From positions 16,182,001 through 16,246,000 of the forward strand of contig NC_042999.1 of the NCBI RefSeq assembly GCF_006345805.1: a DNA stretch of 64,000 bases, read 5' to 3'. Below are positions 27,206-41,287 of the stretch, piece by piece (positions within the stretch are counted from its first letter, which is position 1; every line of letters starts with the position of its first letter). The notes under the pieces are model-generated. The model saw nothing but the letters and a program-made list of their open reading frames with translations, was not told the origin of the DNA and ran no database searches. The position numbers and the translations under genes are program-made. The stretch is from Octopus sinensis. Taxonomy: Eukaryota.

Positions 27206-28300
27206 TGAAGGTGGCTATAGCCTGAGGCACCATGCAATGGGACTGAACTCAGTACAATATGGATCAGAAGCAAACATTACAACCACAAATGTGCCTATCA
27301 ATATAAATGTTAAAATACATACATGTATTTTAATATAAAATGGTATCTTGTGTGTATATTAGCTTATGATAGAATTTTCCAGAATCCATGATTTTGAAAC
27401 ATTGGTAAAAAAAAAAAAGATCCATCCAGGTAATCCATCAAGACTAAAAATCAAAATGGTACTTCTTCTGCTTTCGGTCATGGCATCAGAGTTTATTAAC
27501 TGACCGGTAAGATTTCCATTTTTTCCGTCTCGGATATTGCAATTCTTTATAAAAGGTTTTGTTTCTTCTCAGGTGAAACGTTTACCTTCTTTGCAAAAGC
27601 TTTATATAAAAGTTTCATTGATCGACAGATAATTCCAAAGTGGTATATTTTCAGTCTTAGGATTGATTCAAGATTAGGGAAATATTTCAAACTTCATAAT
27701 ACTTTATGGTTTTGTTTGGTTCAAGAGAAAGAAGGTGGATGTCATGACATCCGGTAACAGCTTTTCATATTCTAATATAGAGTTTATTAATTATTTATAT
27801 CTAAAGAGTGAATCCACCTTTCCTTTAAGTCTCATTTCAGATTTTTGGTTTTACATTGTTTTATAATGCACAGATAGGAGACGGCTTGTGATGTTGCAAA
27901 TCAGACAAAAGGTTGTAAGTCTTACACTTGGTAAACTAAAGGAAATTACACAAGTCTTTCCATAAATATTTCTTCAATATTTCTTGCTTCCAAGTACAAA
28001 AATCTTCTGATTAATATGGTTTCAAATTTTAGGTACAAAGCCAGAAATTTAAAAGGGGAATTGGCAAGTTGATTACATCGACCAGAGGGCTCAAATTGTC
28101 CTTATTTCATTGACCCCCCCAAAAAATGAAAGGGAAAGATAGCCCCAGCAGAATTTGAACTCAGAACATAAAGGGTTTAGAAGAAATACTGCAAAGCACT
28201 TATCCCAATGTTCTAACAATTCCGCAGGCTTGCTGCCTTAATAATAATAATAATAATAGTAATAATAATAATATTGATTATAATAATAATAATAATAATG

Positions 28301-28364
<64 letters not shown>

Positions 28365-28366
<2 letters not shown>

Positions 28367-28790
28367 TTACTCTTTTCTTGTGATCACAATATAGCGGCGA
28401 AAGAATTTGACAAGATCAGTAAATATAAAGACATGCTAATAAAATTGAAAAAATGTGGCATCTCAAGGCAACTACAGTACCAGTGATTGTAGGATCTCTA
28501 GGAATGATTAAAAAAGGTGCTGAAACCTATTTGAAAATGCTACCAGGATTACTATCCCTACAGGAAGTGCAAAAAATCGTGTTAACTGGAACGATTCATG
28601 TACTGAGAAGAGCATTGTTGCTGTGGAAACAACATCCATCCATGAATTTATTCATTTATTAAGTTTTAAATACATATTTTATCTGTGAATTTGCGTGTGT
28701 AATCTGAGAATGCATACAATGAGCTTCTTTGCCCTAGGTGTACGGAAAACACTCAGCAAGAAACGGAAGAAAATTTGAAGAAAGAAGGAA
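28365..28790 (+). mobile_element. R4/Dong 3'-end fragment (lineage D)
   Basis: DHNIAAKEFDKISKYKD / MWHLKATTVPVIVGSLGMIKKG...VLTGTIHVLRRALL, (AAT)n on both sides. Confidence 0.88.
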
Positions 28791-28817
28791 ATAATAATGA
28801 TAATAATGATAATAATG

Positions 28818-28848
<31 letters not shown>

Positions 28849-31109
28849 CAACAACAACAACAATGATAATGGTTTCAAATGTCGGCACAGGGCCAGCAAT
28901 TTCTTGGAGAGGTCAAGTTGATTTACATCAGACCTAGTTTAAAACTGGTGCTCATTTAATTGTGCCCAAAAGGACAAAAGTCAAAGTCAGCATTGATGGA
29001 ATTTGAACTCAGAATACTAAGCATTTTGTCTGGCATATTAATGATTCTGCCAGCTCACCACCCTAATAATTATATTAATAATAATAATTTTTCATTATTA
29101 TTATTAATAATAATTTCTTTTGATTAAGTGTATGACCAAATTCTTCCGGAATAGAATCAGTGTCAGAATATTATTAGTACTTAATTCATCAATTCTGGAG
29201 AAACGAAGGTCAAAAACGTCTTTGACAATGTTTGAACTCTGAATATAAAAAGGTTGAAGCTAAGTTCTTTAACAAACTTAATCCAAGTACTCTTTTATTT
29301 GCATAACTTTCTATCTTACAAATTAAGTTATTAACAATCATATGGCTTATAAAAATTATTCAAATATATGAATTCTCTGAAACAAGTTGAATGATTGAAT
29401 AAAATGTGCTTTATTTTGTTCTAAAGTAAATTTTAAAAAAAAAAGTTAAATGATAGATTCAAATTTATAAAGTGCATCAAAGTAAATTTGACATATCTAA
29501 CTTTTAAGAGAAATATTTATTGAATAAAATACTTTGGTAATTTCCAGTATTTTGATGTAGAAATGGCAAAACTGATTTGTCTGATGAAAAAAAAATCAAT
29601 AACACAGTTCAATGCTGCTTTCAAGAGAATCTGTTAGCTCACTTAAAATTTTTCGCACATCGTATTGATAATTGATCATAATTCAAACTGAATTTTTGCT
29701 GTTATGACAGGTTTTGTTGATAAGGGTAAACTTTGATCCTCTGTACAAGTGTTAAGAAAAAAATCAATAAAGAATAAAACGAAAAGCGAAAACAGCTAAA
29801 GAAATTTTGTAAAACAGTTCATTAGTTACTGCAAATACATTGAAAGGAGAAGGAAAAACAAGAGATACATGAAATAATGGAGGCTGTAGAGTTTAATGTT
29901 TTCTTCCCTCTTTTACAGAAAGAGTCCTTTTGAAAAACCCCAGAGACAATTAACATTGGTTCTGAAACGAAGAAGAGATTTAAAGATTTACCACATTCAT
30001 GAACAACTCGTATTAGAATAAGAAGAAGAAGAAGAAAATATAAAAGAAAAGAAATGAGGTTCCATCAATGTCTATGACAGAGTTGGAGATTGTAAAGAAG
30101 GTCGCATTCAGTTAAATCACTTTGATAAACAATTCGAAAACAAAACAAAACACACGGAGTAATTGTTGTAGAGATAAATATTATTGATTGTGAAGACAGC
30201 TTTTGATCATCCAACACATTATTTAGATTTTGTATGGATCGTACAATATCTCTAAGATGTTAATTATTAGGATATAGAATGTTTACAGAAAGTAATTTTT
30301 CTTTTCATAGCTTTGGGAAACACTGGTGGCATTATTATGATTATAAACGTGATTTATGTTCTCCCAGAGACAAAATGACTCACCCCATTGCTTGCGAATG
30401 CCATTCGTAGTGGAAAGAGTAGAGCATTAGTAAAGATATTACTATTAATTCTTTCTCTCTTATTGTTCAGCGCTAATAAATGGAATGTGAAAGACTTTTC
30501 ATTCAGAAAAAAGTGTTTTAGAAGGACGCCTGTTTGGAGAAGAATGAGTGAGTATGCTTTACAGCTAAAATATATGCAACAGGCAGAGAAAATATGGCTG
30601 TGACATGGTATTTCACATGGAATTATATTATATTAATATCTTAGAGGACTTTATGGAGATCAGGATATCTAATGCATGACTCGAATTTCATGTTAAATAG
30701 AAGAGATAATATATCACAGTTAAGGCACTGTTGTTTCACCCATTTCTGATGGTGGGAGAATTTAAAGGCATAGAATTAAGTAACAAGCCAAGATATTCAA
30801 AAATTTCTCAAGAATTTGGTTTTTACAGATCTTGTTATTAAGGGTGAATTTAGATAAACTGAAGACTTAAAAGTCAATAATCCACTATTTTGTCCATTGA
30901 AAACATCTTGTCTTTCTGGAAGAAATACTTTGAATGATATCACATAAGGATTGTTAATGGGGGGTCGACCCTTTCCAGCATGGAAAAAGAGATGCTTATG
31001 ATGATGGTGATGATGAGGATGAAGATGATAATGATGATGATGATGAATGATGATGACAATGACGATGAAGACAACAACAGTGAAGATGATGATGTATATG
31101 CAATGTGTG

Positions 31110-31250
31110 TGGATGATGACTGGTGTGTGCAAAAATAGTTGGTATTTCAAGTTAGCAGAACATATAGAAGAGAGAAACCAAGGAAGACTTAGGATGAAGA
31201 GGTGAAGGCTGACCAGGACACATTGCATTCCACAGAGGACATGCCGACGA
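31110..31250 (+). mobile_element. Degraded RTE-like LINE fragment
   Basis: agaagagagaaaccaaggaagacttaggatgaagaggtgaaggctgac reads RREKPRKT*DEEVKAD, like the RTE RGRPRKTW motif. Confidence 0.5.
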
Positions 31251-31450
31251 CTGTAAGGATTGGAGATCAATGGTGTTACAGAAGACCTACTTATCCTTGG
31301 CAAAATCTGCTTCAACACAGGGGTGGTCTCTGAAATTATACATATGTGCAATACATACGTACACACATACATGTATACATACATTCATACATTCAAAGTG
31401 ACAGGTTGCATATTTAGTGTGGGAGACTATTCATCGAAAATATGGTGAAT

Positions 31451-31871
31451 ATAGGTGCAGGAGTGGCTGTGTGGTAAGTAGCTTGCTTACCAACTACATA
31501 GTTCCGGGTTCAGTCCCACTGCATGGCACCTTGGGCAAGTGTCTTCTACTATAGCCTCGGGCCGACCAAAGCCTTGTGAGTGGATTTGGTAGACGGAAAC
31601 TGAAAGAAGCCCGTCGTATATATGTATATATATATATATATGTATGTATGTGTGTGTGTTTATGTGTTTGTGTTTGTCCCCCCAACATCGCTCGACAACT
31701 GATGCTGGTGTGTTTATGTCTCCATAACTTAGCGGTTCGGCAAAAAACACTGATAGGATAAGTATTAGGCTTACAAAGAATAAGTCCTGGGGTTGACTTG
31801 CTCGACTAAAGGTGGTGCTTCAGCATGGCCACAGTCAAATGACTGAAACAAGTGAAAGAGTAAAAGAGTAA
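31451..31871 (+). mobile_element. SINE family A, full length
   Basis: Same structure. Confidence 0.85.
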
Positions 31872-32366
31872 CTTTGGAACCACAACTATCAGCCTTGTTA
31901 AATAAATGGCTAAACTTCATATGAATTAATTGATGGAGCCTTTTATTAACGATCGTAGTGATTTTCGGCTGAAATTTGACTTTAGTATGCAGAGAGTTAC
32001 TATAAACAGCATGGCTGGACACAACATCAACAACAACACAATCGAGGAACAGAACAAAAACAACAGCTCAATATACACACGTGTATATATGTGCATGCAC
32101 GTGTGCTTGTGTGAGTGCACAGCCACTCCTGCACCTTTCTTCATAAAGAAGAGATAAATTTCTTCCAGCCTTGTCCATTCTTAAATTCCTCACATAAGTA
32201 ACGGATTATAGTAATACAATAATCCCATAAGGTGATGAGGAAGCAAAACCGTTAAAATGCTGGGAAAATGCTTCCCTGCATTTTGATCCATATTTATGTT
32301 TAGTTCAAATTCTGTCAATATTTACTTTTGCCTTTTATCCTTTCAGAGTAAAAAAAGAATCAGTAC

Positions 32367-32764
32367 CTATTTCTTTACAACCCACAATGGGCTAAACACA
32401 GAGAGGACAAACAAGGACAGACAAACGGATTGAGTCGATTATATCGATCCCACTGCATAACTGGTACTTATTTAATCAACCCCGAAAGGATGAAAGGCAA
32501 AGTTGACCTCAAAATGTAGCGGCAGATGAAATACCTATTTCTTTACTACTCACAAGGGGCTAAACACAGAGGGACAAACAAGGACAGACAAATGGATTAA
32601 GTCGATTATATGACCCCAGTGCATAACTGGTACTTATTTAATCAACCCCAAAAGGATGAAAAGCAAAATCGACCTCGGCGGAATTTGAACTCAAAACGTA
32701 GCGGCAGATGAAATACTGCCAAGTATTTCACCCGGCGTGCTAACGTTTCTGCCAGCTCGCTGCT
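32367..32764 (-). mobile_element. SINE family B dimer
   Basis: Two bodies joined at gaaatacctatttcttt. Confidence 0.8.
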
Positions 32765-33830
32765 GAATCAGTACCAGCTGGACACTGGGGTTGATAATTG
32801 AATAGCCATTCCTCTGAAATTGCTATCTTTGTGCCAAAATACGAAACCGATGGAGTGATGCCATATTGTTTTCACCTTCCAGCAATGTCTAACTCTTCTC
32901 TTTTATTAGTGACACTAGCAAAAGAATTCTTCTTCTTCTTCTTGTTAATGCTTTCCATTCTGTAAATTAATGTTTCCTTTTGTTAAAATGTCAATTTTTC
33001 ACTTGTCAAAATGTCTTTGTCTGTCATATTATTTTCTTGTTTATATTTGTATTTTCATTGTGTTTATTGTTGCAAGTTCTGGTCAATGTTTTTCCATTCC
33101 CTTAAAATGGGAAGCCATAATTACAAGAATGTAAACACATGAAAAGAAAATCTAATATTTTTAAAAAGCGGACTATTTTGTCGAGTCGATCGACAGGGAT
33201 GGTATATTCCAAAGTCATCTGCTCATAAAATAACTTCCACTCAAAAGTAGAAAAGAAAACAAAGCGAATCCAGCAAGACTTGGTGATAAACTGATCTTCT
33301 GAGAACTATCTGAAGACACGTCAGTTCATGCAAAAATACAACATCTACAATATCACAATCATGGTCATGTTGATGATGATTGGCATCGTCATCATCATTA
33401 TTGATGAAACAATCACCATCATCATCATCATCATCATAATTATCATCATCATCATTACCACCACCACCACCACCACCACCATCATCACCATCATCATCAT
33501 CATCATCATCATCACTATCATCGTCATCATCATCATCATCATCATCGTCGTTGTCGTCATTGCTGTCTTCATCATCATCGAGGACAACAGCAAAGTTGAC
33601 AACATCATCATCATCGAGGACAATTGTTTCTAGACCAGGACTGTGCAGGGAGCTGTTGTTTGTTTACATTGACCAAGTACTTGATTGGTACTTTATTTTA
33701 TTGATCACAGAAGACGAAAGACAAAATTGACCTTGGTGGGATTTGAATTCAGAATGTAAAGAACTGGAAGTAATACAACAAGGTATTTTGTTCAAAACTC
33801 AAATGATTCTGCCAGTCCATTGCTCTTATC

Positions 33831-33862
<32 letters not shown>

Positions 33863-33871
33863 TTTAACAAC

Positions 33872-33936
<65 letters not shown>

Positions 33937-33938
<2 letters not shown>

Positions 33939-34279
33939 GCATCTCAAGGCAACTACAGTACCAGTGATTGTAGGATCTCTCAGAATGATAAAAAAAAGGT
34001 ACTGAAACCTATTTGAAAATGATACCAGGCTTACCATCCCTACAGAAAGTGCAAAAGTCGTGTTAAGTGGAATGACTCATGTACTGGGAAGAGCATTATC
34101 GCTGTCAAAACAACATCCATTCATGAATTTATTTGTTTATAAATATTTTTAAATATATAGTTTACCTGTGAATTTGTGTGTGTAATCTGGGAATGCATAC
34201 AATGAGCTTCTCTGCCCTAGGTGTACGGAAAACACTTTGCGAGAAATGGAAAAAAATTTGAAGAAAGAAGGGAAAAAAA
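33937..34279 (+). mobile_element. R4/Dong 3'-end fragment (lineage D)
   Basis: Nucleotide match to 28455-28790 starting at tggcatctcaaggcaactacagta; (AAT)n on both sides. Confidence 0.85.
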
Positions 34280-34511
34280 CAATAATAATAATAATAGCAG
34301 CAGTAATAATAATAATGATGATTTCAAATTTTGGCACATGCCCAGCAATTTCAGAGGAGAGGGTACATCAACTTATTTTATCGGATGAAGCACAAAGTTG
34401 ACCTTGGCTGAATTTGAACTCAGAAAACCACGATGGACAAAATGCCGCTGGGCGCTTTCCCTGGCGTGCTCATGATTCTGCTAGCTTGCTGTTTTAATAA
34501 TAATAATAATG

Positions 34512-34585
<74 letters not shown>

Positions 34586-34610
34586 TAATAATAATAATAA
34601 TAATAATAAT

Positions 34611-35020
34611 AAGGCGAAAGAATTTGACAAGCTCAGAAAATATAAAGACCTGCTCATTGAAATTGAGAAAATGTGGCATCTCAAGGTGGTTACAATACCA
34701 GTGATCGTAGGAGCACTAGGAACGATCAAGAAGGGAACCCGAAAATTATATGAGAATGATCCCTGGCTTACCATCCCTGCAAGAAGTGCAAAAGATTGTC
34801 TTAACTGGTACATCACACGTATTGAGAAGAGCATTGTCGATGTGAGAACTATTACTACCCATGTATTTTAATTTAACTTTATTTCTATCAAAAAAAAAAA
34901 AATGAACGAACTAGTGAGTTTAGTTTAATGGCCTACCAATGTATACTATGAGTTTCTTTGCCCTAGGAGTCGGGAAGACACTCAGCAAGAAATGGAAGCA
35001 AATTTGAAAGAAAAAAAAAA
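34611..35020 (+). mobile_element. R4/Dong 3'-end fragment (lineage D-related)
   Basis: KAKEFDKLRKYKDLLIEIEKMWHLKVVTIPVIVGALGTIKKG; (AAT)n on both sides. Confidence 0.88.
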
Positions 35021-35743
35021 TAATAATAATAATATAATAATAATAATAATAATAATAATATAATAACAATAATAATGTTAATGCTGGTAATAGGAGGATG
35101 ACAGTGAAAAACAAATAAGTCAAATATAATTGACAATCTTGGTAGTAATCAGCTAAGTGAGGTTGATGAAATAGTCTGTAACCATAACGTTGGGCAAAAT
35201 ACATTAATATTGGATTAAACTAAGCTATTCCTAATATACTATTTTCCTAATATTATATTAATTTGCATAATAAATAAGCTCTGTATTAAACCAAAATATT
35301 ATTTTGCACTGGTAAAATTTCATCAAGTAGAACAGCATCTGGTAAAAGCTAAAAGCATAAAGATTTTGAAGTACCAATTTAAGGAAGCAGAATATTCAAA
35401 GCCCAGAGGGTATTTTACAAACGGAGAAGCAAAAGTATAGGGTGCAAAATGACTATCTAGTATTTTTCTATGGATATGAAAATCGGAGAGAAGAAAACAC
35501 ATGGTGATGGAGAATATTCAGCATCAAATGGTTGCAAAGAGTCCAAAATGACATAATTGAGATGGCAATAGACATGAACAGGATCAGTGACAAAATAAGA
35601 TGTAGTTGGATCTGGACCTTGTTGGGTCTGGATCAGACATGTTCTCAGATAAGATTGAGAACGTGATTATATGGTGGCACTAAAGGGACAGCCTGAGGGG
35701 AAAAGAGCAGCAAAGTGCTTTAGAGTCACCATGATATTTTTAA

Positions 35744-36462
35744 CCCTTTTGATACCAACCCAGCTGAAACTACCTCTGGCTCTATGCTATAAATGTCTTG
35801 TTTTCATAAGTTCTGAATTAAAATCTTCCACCAAACCTTAGTCACAATTTATGTTCCTTACACTAGCTTAATGATAACTAAGTCATTTTACTAAATTCTT
35901 TGTTATATTTAAAATCAATTGAAAGAAATACAGAGTATTTCAACTGAAATATGGTAACAAAAGGGTTAAAGTCACCATGATATTTTTAACAATTTTGATA
36001 CCAACCTGGTTGAAACCACCTCTGGCTCTGAGTACAAATGTTTTGTTTTCATAAGTTTTGAATTAAAATCTTCCACCAAACCTTAGTCACAATTTATGTT
36101 CCTAACACTAGCTTAATGATAACTAAGTTATTTCACTAAATTCTTTGTTATATTTAAAATTAATTGAAAGAAACACAGAGCATCTCAACAGAAATATGGT
36201 AACAAAAGGGTTAAAATATATAATAGAGAAACAATTCTTAACCCTTTTGATATCAACCTGGCTGAAACCAGCTCTGACTCTGAGTACAAGTGTCTTGTTT
36301 TCATAAGTTTTGAATTAAAATCTTCTACCAAACCTTAGTCAAAATTTATCTTCCTGACACTAGCTTAATGATAACCAAGTTATTTTACTAAATTCTTTGT
36401 TATATTTAAAATCAATTGAAAGAAACATAGAGCATCTCAAAAAAAATATGGTAACAAAAGGG
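35744..36462. mobile_element. Three near-tandem ~220-bp TTAA-flanked (piggyBac-type) MITEs
   Basis: Copies 35744-35965, 35990-36210, 36242-36462; TIR CCCTTTTGATACCA / TGGTAACAAAAGGG; TTAA at each end. Confidence 0.82.
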
Positions 36463-37619
36463 TTAAAACTACATGGTGAAGGGTCATTGACAAAAAAGGA
36501 GACAAGATGGGTGGAGAAGGTGGAATGGGACCAGAACAATAGTAGAAAACAGAACTGGTTGGAGATATTGTGTTGTGGCCTTGTGTGCCTCATGACAAAG
36601 AGAGAACTAACTTCTTCACTACTTTAAGAAGAACAAATGACCAATAACTTGTTTTCAAGCAACCCACCATCTGTGTCTGTGGCAATCTGGCAGACTGGCC
36701 CCTGTGCAGGTGGCACATAAAAAGCACCCACTACACACTCAGAGTGGTTGGCATTAGGAAGGGCATCCAACTGTAGAAACACTGCCAGATAAGACTGGAG
36801 CCTGGTGCAGCTGCTGGCTCCCCAAACCTCAGTCAAACCGTCCAACCCATGCCAGCATGGAAAACAGACACTAAACGATGATGATAATGATGTGGATGAA
36901 TAAGCATTACACTTGACAAAGAAGTCTGAATGCTAAAGGGTTAAACACCAAATGGCTACAAGGGTCCACATGAATAAAATAAGGATCTAAGGGGTCCCTG
37001 CGGATTACAAAAGGGTTGAAAATTGCTGATCTAGAGTGAGTGATGAGGAAATGATAAGCTTGCATATTCTTCCTTAAAAGACATAAAACAATTGCCTTTC
37101 TCTTTACTCTCCGAATAAGAACACAGATGTTGTTTCAAACAGGTAAATAACAACGGAAAACAAGACGAAAACTACTTCAAAACAATACATGTCCATAATA
37201 CGTTGGCTTGTAGGTTTTTCGCCTCTTTTGTATTTGTCCTATTTATAAAGTTTAGATCTCAGACAGATTGTAGCCTGTCTCGAGTCACTAGTCAAAGAAT
37301 GGTACTATAGCAACAACATTAGAAAGATCATTTGCAGGCCAGTAGACAGTTCAGATGTCAATTCTTTCTGGAGTTGAGCAGCTCATTGTCAGGTTTATTG
37401 GCATTTTTCAGATTAATTTTACCAGGCATCCTTTTAATTTTTCTATCATTGATGTCTGTGTTGAAATTGGAATTCTTTCATTACCTCTACTAAATATGTG
37501 CACAAATTGATTATTTTCAATGCTGGCATTATACTTTTTTTTCTTTCCATTCTTCATTATAGGAGGGTTCCATATATGTTAAAAAAAAAGAAAGATTGTA
37601 GTACAACCACTGTCACTTC

Positions 37620-37638
37620 TATTATTATTATCATTATT

Positions 37639-37669
<31 letters not shown>

Positions 37670-37833
37670 TTGCTGTTGTTATTATTATTATTATTTTTTT
37701 ATTATTATTTTTTTATTATTATTTTTATTATTATTATTTTTATCATCATCATCATCATCATCATCATTATTATTGTTATTATTGTTATTATTGCTACTAC
37801 TACTACTATTATTATTTTTATTATTATTATATT

Positions 37834-37864
<31 letters not shown>

Positions 37865-38064
37865 TTGCTGTTGTTATTATTATTATTATTTTTTTATTAT
37901 TATTTTTATTATTATTATTTTTATTATTATTATTTTTATCATCATCATCATCATCATCATCATCATTATTATTGTTATTATTGTTATTATTGCTACTACT
38001 ACTACTATTATTATTTTATTATTATTATTATTATTATTATTGCTGCTGCTGCTACTACTACTAT

Positions 38065-38099
<35 letters not shown>

Positions 38100-38225
38100 T
38101 TATTATTGCTACTACTACTACTACTACTACTATCATTATTGTCGTTGCTGTTGTTGTTATTGTTGTTCTAGATGATGATGTTACGTTGTTGCCATCATCA
38201 TCATCATCATCATCATCATCAGCAT
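37620..38225. repeat. Compound (ATT)/(ATC)/(ACT) microsatellite with higher-order duplication
   Basis: The block order ATT..GCTGTTGTT..ATC..GCTACT occurs twice, about 196 bp apart. Confidence 0.85.
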
Positions 38226-38499
38226 CAGCAACATTTTTTTTAAAAGAAAGAAAGAAAGAAAGAAAAAAAAAAGAACTGAAGAATTTCTGGAAGTAACATT
38301 TTAAAATTTTGTTTTTTGTGAGTTTTGAACAAATCAATTACCAGTTCTCTCGTTGTAAGCCCTACCATAGTTTGTTGGAGCTGTTTGGTTTTTGTTAACC
38401 ATTTTTTTAATAGTCTTTTTTAAAAAAATTTCTTCTTGAGGAATGTCTTCACTCTCTATCAGCCAACTGCATAGATGGAAAATTGGAAGTTACATCACT

Positions 38500-38985
38500 T
38501 ACACACACACACACGCACGCACACACACACACACACACACATACACACACACACACACACACACTCACACAAACACACACACACATGCAAGCATGCATGT
38601 ATAAACACACACACATGCAAACACACACTCACACAAACACACATGCACACAAACACACATGCAAACACACACTCACACAACACACACACACACACACACA
38701 CATACACACACACACACACAAACACACACTCACACAAACACACACACATGCAAACACACACTCACACAAACACACACACATGCAAACACACACTCACACA
38801 AACACACATGCAAACACACACACACGCAAACACACACACACATGCAAAAACACACACACAGATGCAAACATGCATACACAAACACATACACACATAAACA
38901 CACACCCACAAACACATACAAACACACACACATGCACATGTAAACACCCATACACAAACCCCCCCCACCCACACACACACACAAG
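38500..38985. repeat. (CA)n-derived minisatellite
   Basis: Direct reading. Confidence 0.9.
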
Positions 38986-39646
38986 AAAATGACTGTTGTC
39001 TTTTTCCTTGTGTAAAAGGGGAAAATATAATTGGAGAACTTTTGTTGTAGTTGTTCACATCCAGGTCAACTCTCATAAAGTAAACCTCTTCTGTCTCAGA
39101 GAGCATGCAATGATAATGGGCTCTGTCCCTTCCTGCAGATTCAGTTAGTAAATAAAAAAAGACAAAACAGAAGGAAAAAAACAAAACAAATCTTGATTAA
39201 AGCATTTTAGTTAGGACCATTCTGGTTTTTGATACACCAGGGACAAGATAGCATGTGTCCTTCCTTTTCTAAGATTATTATCTTAGATGTTACAGGGAAA
39301 TTTGACTGTCATTTCTAGTAGATCAAGTAACCACATAGGAGATCTTTCATTGGTCTGTTATGGGCAAATGTAATCCCCCAAAGGAATTTCACATAATCCT
39401 TTCTATTATAGGCACAAGGCCTGAAATTTTGGGGAGGAGAACAGCTGATTACATTGTCCCCAGTGCGTTACCGGTACTTATTTTAGTGACCCCAAAATGA
39501 TGAAATGCAAAATTCGAACCTGGCAGGATTAGAACTTAGATCATGAAGACTGACAAAATATCACTAAGCATTTTGCCCAGTGGAATAGTAATTCTGCCTG
39601 AAAGACATTTCACATCTTAATATTTAATGATAATGGTGATAATATT

Positions 39647-40026
39647 AACAAGAGCACTCAGAGAGGGCAAGCCTCCACCAAGGCAACACTGACGTCCTCT
39701 CAAGGATTAGCCGAAGATGAGTTTTAAAATGAGAATATCTTAAATACACTCGACTGTCCTCACATATGAGAATACTAAAAATAAACCCAACCGCTCTCAA
39801 AAATTAAGTAAAATAAACTAGAAAAATAATCCAGAATCCTTGTCTGGTACTGGATCGATTCCAAAATCTAACCAGTTCATGCCAGTTATGAGGCCAAACA
39901 TCTCTGAAAGTTTCATCTGAATCCATCCTGCAGTTCTTGAGATATTTTGTCCATCGATAAAACAAACAAACATGCTAACAAACACAACTGGAAATAATAC
40001 CTCTGCCTTCGCTAAGGCAGAGGTAA
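39647..40026 (+). mobile_element. Helentron/HINE (DINE-1-like) non-autonomous element
   Basis: Starts aacaagagcactcagagag..cctccaccaagg; ends in 12-bp hairpin tacctctgcctt-cgct-aaggcagaggta (39998-40025), partly complementary to the 5' subterminal motif; (CAAA)n tract before the end. Confidence 0.6.
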
Positions 40027-40101
40027 TTATAATAATAATAATAATAATAATGATAATAATAATAATGATAATAATAATAATAATAGTAATAATAATAATA
40101 A

Positions 40102-40217
40102 TACCTGTGAATTTGCATGTGTAATCTGGGAATGCATGCAATGAGCTTCTCTGCCGTAGGTGTACAGAAAACACTTGGCGAGAAATGGAAGAAAATTTGA
40201 AGAAAGAAGGAAAAAAA
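40102..40217 (+). mobile_element. R4/Dong lineage D, 3' UTR only
   Basis: Matches the 3' UTR of the 28365, 33937 and 59097 copies (acctgtgaatttg...gaaaatttgaagaaagaagg); (AAT)n on both sides. Confidence 0.8.
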
Positions 40218-40234
40218 GCAATGATAATAACAAA

Positions 40235-40299
<65 letters not shown>

Positions 40300-40982
40300 T
40301 AAAGGTTTCAAATTTTGGCACAAGGCCAGCAATTTTCAAAGGAGGCAGTAAGTTGATTACATTGACCCCATTGCTCAAATGATACCTTTTTTTTATTGAT
40401 CTCGAAAGGATGAAAGGCAAAGCTGACCCACCAGCATTTGAACTCAGAATGTGAAGTTGGGCAAAATACCACTGAACATTTTGTTCATAACAGTAATGAT
40501 TCTGCTGGCTTGCTGTCTCAATTTTTGGTTGAGGGCCAGAAGTTTTTGTAGGAAGGTAGAAATCGATTACATCTACTCCCAGTACTTGAGTGGTACTTAT
40601 TTTATCAACCCTAAAAGGACAAAATGCAAATTCAACCTCAATGGAATATGAACTCAAGACGTAAAGACAAATGAAATGCTGCTAATGTATTGTCCAGGCC
40701 AGATCACTGCCTTAATAATGATGATGATGATGGTGATGATGGTGATGATGATGGTGATGACAGTGATGATATAACATGATGATGACGGTGATTACAATGA
40801 CAACGACGATGATGACGATGATGATAATTTATACGTTGACAAGGGAAACAGGATCCCTCTTCTTGTAAAAGTATCATAAATATGTATTCTGCAAAAAAGT
40901 ATTGAATAATTCTTCTATCTAATGTGGAATTGTTTCCATTATATTTCAACATAAAAAAACAAATGCAACCACACACATTTTG

Positions 40983-41014
<32 letters not shown>

Positions 41015-41130
41015 CATACAAACACACACATTTAGTAATAGTAAAAGTATGACAACAAAAGAATGAATGAGACCTCGATATTATGTAAATAGAGGAATTT
41101 ATCTGTAATATAATATGTGACAATTATTCG

Positions 41131-41280
41131 GTTGTCATAATAAAACTCTGAGTTTCGGATGTTGGCACGTAAATTTGCTCTGGCATCTCATTGGTTATTA
41201 AGACAAACCTTAATATCTGATGAGATGGCGGAGCAGTTTTCCGTCCTGACATCCGAAACTCAGAGTTTTATTATGGCAAC
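41131..41280 (+). repeat. 150-nt fold-back: 72-bp ungapped stem, 6-nt loop
   Basis: Manual pairing gives 60 Watson-Crick pairs, 7 G-U pairs, 5 other mismatches. Confidence 0.92.
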
Positions 41281-41287
41281 ATATTAT

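Noticed and set aside
27573-27757. Possible exon after ttcttctcag (ETFTFFAKALY...)
   Set aside because: No recognised homology; expected by chance
37256-37377. Possible exon (DLRQIVACLESLVKEW...)
   Set aside because: About 40 codons with no homology or splice-pair support
37498-38984. Long low-complexity ORFs in several frames
   Set aside because: Microsatellite translations
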